Shown: piece after piece, positions 1 to 7,182 of the stretch
Position numbering within the stretch: the first letter of the stretch is position 1
Layout: each line of letters starts with the position of its first letter
From: Octopus sinensis
Taxonomy: Eukaryota
DNA length: 10,437 nucleotides
Assembly: GCF_006345805.1 (NCBI RefSeq)
Contig: NW_021827373.1
Coordinates: 1-10,437, forward strand
Direction of reading: 5' to 3'
Position numbers and translations under genes: made by a program
The notes under the pieces: generated by a model
Seen by the model: only the letters and a program-made list of their open reading frames with translations
Databases searched by the model: none
Told to the model about the DNA's origin: nothing

Positions 1-207
1 ACACATGCAGAAAATTGGGGCAAATACTGCAAAGCATCCTGTCCAATGTTCCAACAATTCTGTCAACTCACTACTTTGAGAAAATTCCCATTCATCGTTA
101 ATTCTGATTAATCTACTTAATAAGTGACACCATTTATAATTAGTTTGAAATAATCTAACTTGTGACAAGCTCCGATAGTGATGTAAGTCATACATCTATA
201 ATTGTCA

Positions 208-490
208 CAAGACCTTCTAGAAATAATAGGCACATTGCCCTTAATTTTCACACTCTACTATCATGTGCAGTGACAGAAGACTACTCTTGCATACTTCTAA
301 AATGACATGATGGTTACTTTTGGATTGCTTTTAATAATAGGTCTGCCTGATCAGGACTGACATGAGCTTCAATGACAACTATAAACAAACCTCAATTATG
401 ATTAAACAAGGGTGCCTTAATATGATTACTTAATTTGCTAAACATAACAGCTAAATTTCCCTCAAACCACATCCTACTGTCTTACAAACG
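208..490 (+). repeat. Degenerate fragments of an interspersed repeat ('family D'), also present at 9579-10223
   Basis: Shared motif variants: ctagaaataataggc...cacactctactatc (~217-262), ctaaacataacagctaaatttccctcaaaccacatcctactgtc (~438-481) and gaaatagcaaccaaac (~9656). Also gatggttacttttggattgctttt (~309-332) versus gatggtttaaagctggaaagccttt (~10157-10181). Highly diverged and aligned by eye. Confidence 0.4.
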
Positions 491-510
491 GAGACTATGT
501 GCCAAAATAT

Positions 511-720
511 AAGTTTCAAATTTTGGCACAAGGCCAGCAAATTGGAGTGGGGGAGCATGTAAGTCAGTTACATTAACCCCAGTTTTCAACTGGTACTCAT
601 TTCATCGACTCTGAAGGGATGAAAGAGCAAAATTAACCATGGCAGAATTTGAACTCAATGCATAAAGACAGCCATTAAGCATTTTGCCCAATGTGTTAAC
701 TATTCTGCCAGCTCACTGCC
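511..720 (-). mobile_element. tRNA-derived SINE family B, near full-length, diverged
   Basis: The reverse complement reads ggcagtgagctggcagaa (A box)...gagttcaaattctg (B box)...ctttcatcccttcagagtcgatgaaatgagtaccagttg...ctggggtt...ggccttgtgccaaaatttgaaac. It is collinear with the copy at 6949-7182 up to the tail. Confidence 0.85.
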
Positions 721-867
721 AAAATGTTATCTACATAACCAATTTATAAAGCAACGTAAATAAATGAATTATCTTTCTTAACTCCTTTAAATTGTGCAAA
801 CAGTACTTCTGAAATATCTCTAGAAATTATTTCATTTTAACTACAAATTTCACCTACTTTTATCCAG

Positions 868-888
868 ACTGATAAGAAACCATCAGAG
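868..888 (+). CDS. Candidate 21-nt in-frame microexon (TDKKPSE if phase 0); host gene unknown
   Basis: Branch-like TTTTAAC at 835-841, pyrimidine tract plus CAG acceptor ending at 867, 21-nt exon, donor GAG|GTAAAG at 889. Splice signals only; no homology recognised. Confidence 0.3.
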
Positions 889-1175
889 GTAAAGAAAAGC
901 AGGAGAAAAACAAAATAACTATTACAACCATTACTTCAAAATAGTTTGAGATTTTAATGATGTTCTTATTCTTCACAAGGAAAGAAAGTTCTCTGCTACC
1001 AATGACATATTTGCAAGTAAACCTATTTAGAGATGTTATTGCCTAAAAACATACCAAATGAATAACTATGGTGACCAAACAACGATTTTAATGGCAGTGG
1101 GTAGTCCTAAGAACATATGGAGTCCCATATTAATTTTTCAAGCTAAGAGTAGGTCATTTGATGCAAAATATCTGC

Positions 1176-1185
1176 TATATACTAT

Positions 1186-1228
<43 letters not shown>

Positions 1229-1250
1229 CTATATATATATATATATATAT
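1176..1250. repeat. (TA)n microsatellite, imperfect
   Basis: Read directly from the sequence. Confidence 0.97.
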
Positions 1251-1416
1251 CATCAATTAGTGTTAAAGAAGTGATTTTTTAAAATTCAAATGCAGGATAA
1301 TACTAATAATATAGCCTGAACAGTATAAACTACCCCTATTTTGCAGAAAAATGTGTTGATGGCCAGCTATGAGATTTGAACTCACACTCCCGTGATTACT
1401 CATCTCGGTGCTCTGT

Positions 1417-1472
1417 GTTTATATGTATGTATGTATGTATAAATGTATGTATGTATGTATGTATATATATAT
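1417..1472. repeat. (TATG)n/(TA)n microsatellite
   Basis: Read directly from the sequence. Confidence 0.95.
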
Positions 1473-1493
1473 AATGATGAGAGGAAGAGAAGA

Positions 1494-1824
1494 GGACCCC
1501 TTTAAGTCAAGAATGACCATGGGATTGCACCTAGAAAGTTACCCTCCTAGGCACAAGTCTGAGCAAGATTGCTTATGGAAGACCAGCAGTCACCCATGCA
1601 TGCCAACCTCCCTTCTCCATGCCACTGATGTTATCCAAGGGAAAGGCAAAGGCTGATACAGCTTTGCACCAGTGACATCACGACTTATTTCTACAGCTGA
1701 GTGAACTAAAGCAATGTAAAATAAAGTGTCTTGCTCAAGAACACAACACACAACCTGGTCTGGGAATCGAACTGACATCCTTATGATTGTGAACCTGATG
1801 CTCTAACCACTGGGCCATGCACCT
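1494..1824 (-). mobile_element. tRNA-derived SINE family C with CORE-like central domain, near full-length
   Basis: On the minus strand: A box TGGCCCAGTGG (1807-1817), B box GTTCGATTCCC (1762-1772), then tgtgttcttgagcaagacactttatttt...ttcactcagctgtagaaat, which resembles the CORE motif CTTGGGCAAG..CACTT..CAG..CTGTAAAAT. A second copy lies at 5810-5939. Confidence 0.85.
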
Positions 1825-1872
1825 TTGGTAATGATGCTTATAATCAATGTATGTACGGAGGATTATATTATG

Positions 1873-2001
1873 TATATGCTATCTAACTTTGTCTTTTGAA
1901 GTTTGTTTTATCAATGTGTTGCTGCCCAAAATGTTTGTCTATTTGTTTGTGCAGTTCATAATTTCCTATATTTATGTTCGTTTTTGTTGCAAATAAATAT
2001 T
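1873..2001 (+). repeat. Interspersed repeat 'family E' (LINE 3'UTR-like, ends in AATAAA)
   Basis: Aligns with the reverse complement of 4475-4593 (tatatg.tatctaa...gctgcccaaaatgtttg...ctatatttatgttc...gcaaataaat). Confidence 0.75.
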
Positions 2002-2263
2002 TGCTACATAATATTTTATGGATTGTAAATAAATAATTTGTCACACAAATCCTTATTGTATGACTTCATTAGCTCATTATATGCATACATATTTCGCCCA
2101 GATTTCCCTCACAAATCATTCTGGATAACCTGCATTACACTCTCTTTATTTCCCACTCTCCTTTCTCACTCTTTCACAAACATACCTGCTCACTCACCAT
2201 ATTCAACCCTCTGTATCACTTCACTTATACTCTCAAGCTACCTCCCTGTGACTTGAGAGTGCG

Positions 2264-2352
2264 CAGAAGATACTTGCCCAAGGTGTAGCATAATGGGATC
2301 AAACAACCTCAAACCATATAGCTATGAAGCACAGTTTAAACATGCAGCCATG
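2264..2352 (-). mobile_element. SINE family A-type 5' fragment (tRNA head plus CTTGGGCAAG core), degenerate
   Basis: agaagatacttgcccaaggtg...tgggatcaaac...cagccatg aligns with 4996-5080. Confidence 0.65.
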
Positions 2353-2376
2353 TTGTTCGTCATGTAATAATGATTT

Positions 2377-2892
2377 TATATTGGCACAGGGCCAAGTATT
2401 TTAGAGGAGAGGTGGATAATTGGATTACCTCTCAGTTCTTGACTGAGGTTGACTTTGCCTTTCTTCCTTCGGGGGTCAATACAATGAATGCTGAGATTGA
2501 TATAATCGACTGGCCCCTTTCTCTGAAATTGCTGGTCTTGGGCCAAAATGTTCTGACAGAATCGTTAGCATGCTGGGAAAAATGCTTAGCGGCATTTTGT
2601 CCGTCATTATGATCTGAGTTCATATTTGGTTGAGGTTGACTTTGCTTTTCATCCTTTCAAGGTCAATAAAATTAAGTACCAGTTAAGTACTGGGGTCGAT
2701 ATAATCAATTATCCTCTCCTCCAAATTTGAGGCCTTGTACATTTAGTAGAAAAAAATTAATATTTATATTATTATGTTCTAAGTTCAAATTCCGCAGAAG
2801 TTCACTTTGCCTTTTATAAGCACCAGTTGAGCATCGGAATCGATATAATCAATTTACCCCCTCCACTGAAATTGCTGACTTTGTGCCAAAAT
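2377..2892. mobile_element. Cluster of four SINE family B fragments: 2377-2443 (-), 2444-2550 (+), 2553-2755 (+, near full), 2778-2892 (+)
   Basis: The motifs gaggttgactttgc, aagtaccagtt, gatataatc and ttgtgccaaaat recur in each segment. B-box remnants at ~2617 and ~2782. Confidence 0.8.
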
Positions 2893-2980
2893 TCTTCTTC
2901 TTCTTCTTCTTCTTCTTCTTATTATTATGTCGTTATTATGATTATTATTATTATTATTATTCTTATATATTATTATTATT
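2892..2980. repeat. Compound (TTC)9-(ATT)n microsatellite
   Basis: Read directly from the sequence. Confidence 0.95.
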
Positions 2981-3329
2981 CAGTAGTTTTATATTTTTAT
3001 AGCGTGCTTTCACTTCACTACCGAGCGCAGCTCTGTGTGCTTTGGGTATGTGCTGTGATTTGTTGTGATTCTCTGATGGTTATTGTATGGAAAGTGTTCT
3101 GCGTAGGATGTGTGCAGTGCCTAGTAGTGCAATTTTCTGTATGTTATATGTGTTTGTAAGTCCTGGTGTTTTTGTTATGTATTTGTCTGAATATTTTTTT
3201 ATCATGCCTAATGCACCTACTATGATAGGAATTGTTTCTGTTTTTAGATTCTACATTCTGGTTACCTCTATTTCCAGGTCTTTGTATTTTGAAAGTTTCT
3301 CCATTTCTTTTAGAGACACGTTGTCATCA

Positions 3330-3330
<1 letters not shown>
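2981..3330 (-). mobile_element. 5'-truncated R4/Dong-clade non-LTR retrotransposon: REL endonuclease C-terminus plus 3'UTR
   Basis: Minus 3328->3080 translates DDNVSLKEMEKLSKYKDLEIEVTRM*NLKTETIPIIVGALGMIKKYSDKYITKTPGLTNTYNIQKIALLGTAHILRRTLSIQ*. This fits the R4-clade pattern EK..KY.DL..E..R.W.....IP+++GALG...LQK.ALLGTA.ILR. There is one nonsense codon (TAG at 3251-3253 where W is expected). (TAA)n flanks both sides. Confidence 0.88.
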
Positions 3331-3372
<42 letters not shown>

Positions 3373-3395
3373 CATTATTATTATATTATTATTAT
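3331..3395. repeat. (ATT)n microsatellite
   Basis: Read directly from the sequence. Confidence 0.97.
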
Positions 3396-3531
3396 GTAAT
3401 CGAAAAAAGATGATTAATATTGATGCCTTATGTGTTCTCTCCAGGTTTGTCCAAGTGTTTGCTGTTGTTTAATTTCATGTCACATCTATGATCAAAAGCA
3501 TTCTGAAACTTTCTTCATAAAAATGTAATAC

Positions 3532-3595
3532 ACCTAAGACTGCAGTATCTATTTGGTTATCATCCATTTCAAAGACAAAATAGTATATCACAGAG
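3532..3595 (+). repeat. Left copy of a perfect 64-bp direct repeat (putative long TSD)
   Basis: acctaagactgcagtatctatttggttatcatccatttcaaagacaaaatagtatatcacagag is identical to 3985-4048. Confidence 0.95.
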
Positions 3596-3984
3596 GCGCA
3601 GGAGTGGCTGTGTGGTAAGTAGCTTGCTAACCAACCACATGGTTCCGTGTTCAGTCCCACTGCGTGGCATCTTGGGCAAGTGTCTTCTGCTATAGCCCCT
3701 TGTGAGTGGATTTGGTAGACGGAAACTGAAAGAAGCCTGTCGTGTAAATGTATATATATATATATATGTGTGTCTGTGTTTGTCCCCCTAGCATTGCTTG
3801 ACAACCGATTCTGGTGTGTTTACGTCCCCGTCACTTAGCGGTTCGGCAAAAGAGACCGATAGAATAAGTACTGGGCTTTCAAAGAATAAGTGCCGGGGTC
3901 GATTTGCTCGACTAAAGGAGGTGCTCCAGCATGGCCACAGTCAAATGACTGAAACAAGTAAAAGAGTAAAAGAGTAAAGAGTAT
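3596..3984 (+). mobile_element. Full-length tRNA-derived SINE family A (CORE-like, internal TA microsatellite, (AAGAGTA)n-like tail)
   Basis: A box TGGCTGTGTGG (3605-3615), B box GTTCAGTCCC (3649-3658), cttgggcaagtg core, tail gtaaaagagtaaaagagtaaagagt. Homologous copies occur at 4682-5085 and 6050-6763. Confidence 0.92.
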
Positions 3985-4048
3985 ACCTAAGACTGCAGTA
4001 TCTATTTGGTTATCATCCATTTCAAAGACAAAATAGTATATCACAGAG
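3985..4048 (+). repeat. Right copy of the perfect 64-bp direct repeat (putative long TSD)
   Basis: Identical to 3532-3595 and begins immediately after the SINE tail. Confidence 0.95.
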
Positions 4049-4474
4049 ATGTAACAAAGTTGAGCAGCCATTGGAGAGGTTTACTAATCACATCAGATTT
4101 AGTGAAACTGGGACAGTTGCTGTCCAGATTAAAATCTTTGAAGAAAGCAGGAAAATAGGCAGGGCGGGAAATATATTTAGAGTTGCTCTTGTGGTCATGG
4201 GGATTAACAGAAAAATATATATTTATTGCAATATTTTGGGATTAGCACATGCCGTAGAAATTGCAAAATGTGTAGAAGAAGGAAGAGAGTACACTGAGTT
4301 GGCTTTAGACAGATGTTGAATGCTGAATGTCTGCTATATAAAATGAACAGATTGCTCTTGTAGCAGGGGTGGAAAGAACATGTGTCCAGGGAAAAGCTAT
4401 TAATAATGCAACACCAACAACAACAAAACAAAAACGATGACAGCAACAACAACGGTGACAATAAAATTAATAAA

Positions 4475-4593
4475 GATTTATTTGCTACAAAATGAACATA
4501 AATATAGAAAATTATACACTACACTAGCAAACATTTTGGGCAGCACATCAATAAAAACAAAATACAAACGACAAAATTTAGATAACATATATA
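4475..4593 (-). repeat. Family E repeat, inverted copy of 1873-2001
   Basis: The reverse complement aligns with 1873-2001. Confidence 0.75.
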
Positions 4594-4681
4594 GAATATA
4601 ATCCCCTGTACAGACACATGTATGCATAAATACATACATATGTATAAACGCACATAAGTGTATGTGTGCGTGTATATATAT

Positions 4682-5085
4682 ACTCTCTTTACTCTTTTAC
4701 TCTTTTACTTGTTTCAGTCATTTGACTGCAGCCATGCTGGAGCACCGCCTTTAATCGAGCAACTCGACCCCAGGACTTATTCTTTGTAAGCCTAGTACTT
4801 ATTCTATCGGTCTCTTTTTGCCGAACCGCTAAGTGACGGGGACATAAACACACCAGCATCGGAATTTAAAGAAATGCTAGGGGGACAAACACAGACACAC
4901 ATATATTTATATACATACATATATACGACGGGCTTCTTCCAGTTTCCGTCTACCAAATCCACTCACAAGGCTTTGGTCGGCCCAAGGCTATAGTAGTAGA
5001 CACTTGCCCAAGGTGCCACGCAGTGGGACTGAACCCGGAACTATGTGGTTAGTAAACAAGCTACTTACCACACAGCCACTCCTGC
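4682..5085 (-). mobile_element. Full-length SINE family A inserted in a (TA)/(TG) microsatellite
   Basis: The reverse complement is collinear with 3596-3984 from gcaggagtggctgtgtgg to the (aaagagta)n tail. Both flanks are TA-rich repeats, so a TSD cannot be resolved. Confidence 0.92.
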
Positions 5086-5137
5086 ATATATATATATATA
5101 TACACATATATGTATATGTGTGTGTATATATGTATAT

Positions 5138-5172
<35 letters not shown>
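5086..5172. repeat. (TA)n/(TG)/(CA) compound microsatellite
   Basis: Read directly from the sequence. Confidence 0.95.
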
Positions 5173-5173
<1 letters not shown>

Positions 5174-5184
5174 TTTCAAGTGTA

Positions 5185-5375
5185 ACACCTAAACTACACA
5201 GAGCTCCAGCAGAAGGCAATGGCAAACTTCCCCTGACTCTTTCACCACAACTTTCTCTCACTCTTTCCTCCTATATCTAACAGCTCACCAGCAATGGACC
5301 AGTGTCCCATCCAGGTGGGGAACCTATATGCCAATGAAACCAGGAAACTGGCCTCAAGAAGGAACAAACAACAAT
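5185..5375 (+). mobile_element. Possible degenerate SINE 3' fragment of a further family, with CAA-like tail
   Basis: gcaatggaccagtgtcccatccagg...atgccaatgaaaccagg resembles, from recall, the GCGATGGACTGGC.TCCCATCCAGGG...CATGCTACAGAAACCGG body of metazoan SINEs. agaaggcaatggcaaac resembles an RTE-derived motif. Confidence 0.35.
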
Positions 5376-5388
5376 ATATATATATATA

Positions 5389-5532
5389 CCGGAGTAAACA
5401 CATAAATGTGAAACAAGGTGGAAAAAAGAGTACTCAAATACCAGTGGTAGAGTAATATGCTTTATTTAAAGCAGCAGAAAATTCAGAGTAACAGGTTTTG
5501 TTGAATTTTCTGCTGCTTTAAATAAAGTATAT
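5389..5532. mobile_element. Palindromic repeat remnant in (TA)n, with a perfect 26-bp inverted repeat (5460-5485 / 5502-5527)
   Basis: ctttatttaaagcagcagaaaattca and tgaattttctgctgctttaaataaag are exact reverse complements with a 16-nt spacer. TA runs flank the element. Confidence 0.65.
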
Positions 5533-5534
5533 AT

Positions 5535-5670
5535 GGGACAAAAACACAAAACATCCAGACAGTTAGGTGATACAAGAAAGGGACAACAAAGCATCCAGAT
5601 AGATGATACAAAGAAAACAAGGGTGGGTTATTTGGAGTTTTCTTTCTTCAGTCGAGTTCCAGATTATCTT
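5535..5670 (+). repeat. Interspersed-repeat fragment with an internal imperfect tandem duplication (gggacaa...catccaga...gatacaa.gaaa x2)
   Basis: Two related units at ~5535-5579 and ~5580-5616, bounded by TA/TG runs. Confidence 0.5.
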
Positions 5671-5809
5671 TTGTGTGTGTATATCAAAAGAATCAAAGGT
5701 CCTTCTTTAGTCATCAGTTTATAAAGTCAGTTTCTCAGATTGTGGGGCTTACATATTTCTCAGCTGGAAAGAAACATCAATTTATTGCAAGATTATTAAT
5801 TTTTGCAAT

Positions 5810-5939
5810 CTGGGAGGACTAGAACAATGTAAAATGAAAATTTTTGATCCAGAACACAATACATTGCTCATTCTAGGAACTGAAAATACAATCTTATAAT
5901 GATGAATGCAAACACCCGAACCATTAAGCCATGTACCTC
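5810..5939 (-). mobile_element. SINE family C 5' fragment, degenerate
   Basis: aacaatgtaaaatgaaa...ccagaacacaa...aaccattaagccatgtacct aligns with 1712-1824. Confidence 0.7.
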
Positions 5940-6049
5940 CACACACATATATGCACATAAATATGTATATATGTATGTAAAGATGATCCAAATAATGAGA
6001 AAGAAATCCTTTAATACATCTTTAATCTTTAATGGGGATATTCCTTTAT

Positions 6050-6208
6050 CCTTTTACTTCTATCAGTCATTTGACTGTGGCCATGCTGGAGCACTGCCTT
6101 GAGGGGTTTTAGCCAAACAAATTGAACCCAGGACTCATTTTAAGACCAGTTCTTTTGCTTAACTACTAAGTTATGGGGATGTAAACACACCAACACAGGT
6201 TGTCAAGT
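6050..6208 (-). mobile_element. SINE family A 3' half (host element of the nested stack)
   Basis: cttttacttctatcagtcatttgactgtggccatgctggagcac...gtaaacacaccaacacaggttgtcaag matches 4700-4875. Confidence 0.85.
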
Positions 6209-6216
6209 GGTAAAAT

Positions 6217-6259
6217 CCTTGTGAATGGATTTGGGAGATGGAAACTGAAAGAAGCCCAT

Positions 6260-6312
<53 letters not shown>

Positions 6313-6544
6313 GTATGCATGTATGTATGTATATGTTTGTGTGTTTTTCTGTTGCCCCATCATCGCTTGACAACCGATGCTGCTGCATTTATATCTCCGT
6401 AACTTAGCAGTTCGGCCAAAGGGAATTGATAGAATAAGTACTAGGCTTACAAAGAATAAGTCCTGGTGTCAATTTGTTCGACTAAAAGTGGTGCTCAAGC
6501 ATGGCTGCAGTCAAATGGCTAATACAAATAAAAAAAATAAAAGA
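6217..6544 (+). mobile_element. 5'-truncated SINE family A, opposite in orientation to the flanking halves
   Basis: ccttgtgaatggatttgg...gaaactgaaagaagccc-(TA)n/(TATG)n-...gcttgacaaccgatgc...gcatggctgcagtcaaatg matches 3699-3960. Confidence 0.88.
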
Positions 6545-6548
6545 ATAT

Positions 6549-6597
<49 letters not shown>

Positions 6598-6603
6598 ATA
6601 TAT
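6545..6603. repeat. (TA)n microsatellite (internal tract of the host SINE A)
   Basis: Read directly; it lies where family A carries its internal TA tract. Confidence 0.9.
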
Positions 6604-6763
6604 TAGGATGAGCTTCTTTCAGTTTCCATCTACCAAATCCACTCACAAGACTTTTGGTTTTCTCAAAGCTATTGTAGAAGATATTTGCCTAGTGTGCCAT
6701 GCTGTGGGACTGAACCCAGAACCATGTGGTTGAGAAGCAAGCTTCTTACCACACAGTCATGCC
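6604..6763 (-). mobile_element. SINE family A 5' half (host element of the nested stack)
   Basis: gcttctttcagtttccatctaccaaatccactcacaag...gtgggactgaaccc...cttaccacacag matches 4930-5080. Confidence 0.85.
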
Positions 6764-6948
6764 AGTGGATATGTGGATATTTCTTTAAGGAAAGTATATT
6801 GTTATGAAGCATTAAAAATATGTTTTTTTTTTGGGGTTTTTTTTCCAACTACCAGTATGGCATACATTTTTCTGGAAAGTTATAGTTGGAGTCTGGGGTA
6901 AAGTAGGTTGGGAAGTATTGGCATAGACATTGGTATGTTTCAGAAAAA

Positions 6949-7182
6949 GACGCGGCAAGCTGGCAGAAACGTCAGCACGCCGGGCAAAATGCGTAGCCGT
7001 AATTGGTCTGCCGTTACGTTCTGAGTTCAAATTCCACCGAGGTCGACTTTGCCTTTCATTCTTTCGGGGGTCGATAAATTAAGTACCAGTTACGCACTGG
7101 GGCCGATGTAATCGACTTAATACCTATGTCTGTCTTTGTTTGTCCCCTTTATGTTTATCCCCTTGTGGGTAATAAAGAAATA
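6949..7182 (+). mobile_element. Full-length, relatively young SINE family B with a 17-bp TSD
   Basis: A box TGGCAGAAACG (6961-6971), B box GTTCAAATTCC (7025-7035), CpGs retained. TSD ggtatgtttcagaaaaa at 6932-6948 and 7183-7199. Confidence 0.93.

Larger units (their letters stand above)
3420..4390 (-). pseudogene. Heavily decayed non-LTR reverse-transcriptase remnant (Jockey/I/CR1-like), interrupted by the SINE at 3596-3984
   Basis: Across frameshifts on the minus strand, in the expected order: FPWTHVLSTP (~VPQGSVLSP), FYIADI (~LYIADI), SQLSV, AISTACANPKILQ, VNP.TTRATL (~INP.KT), FEMDDNQIDTAVLGV (~I..YLGV) and LGQTWRE. YADD is not intact, and spacing is longer than typical. Confidence 0.4.

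Noticed and set aside
1365-1413. Possible extra SINE head (gatttgaactc, B-box-like on the minus strand)
   Set aside because: Too short and degenerate to assign to a family.
2229-2260. 9-bp stem hairpin actctcaag/cttgagagt as a terminator or regulatory element
   Set aside because: No U-tract, eukaryotic repeat context, and the length is within chance expectation for 10 kb.
3596-3670. tRNA genes at the A/B-box segments (also 1760-1824 and 6949-7040)
   Set aside because: No complete cloverleaf is evident, and each continues into a SINE body and tail found in multiple copies.
3532-4048. Direct repeats (64 bp x2, and 146 bp x2 at 9579-9870) as a CRISPR-like array
   Set aside because: Only two copies each, the lengths are wrong, there is no repeat-spacer periodicity or cas gene, and the context is eukaryotic.
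3475-4071. Two minus ORFs sharing SVIYYFVFEMDDNQIDTAVLG as duplicated genes
   Set aside because: The shared peptide is simply the 64-bp duplication; the rest of each ORF is antisense SINE sequence.
4071-4319. 82-aa plus ORF (MERFTNHIRF...) as a small gene
   Set aside because: It starts at TTG and shows no recognisable homology; the RT-like motifs on the opposite strand explain the region better.
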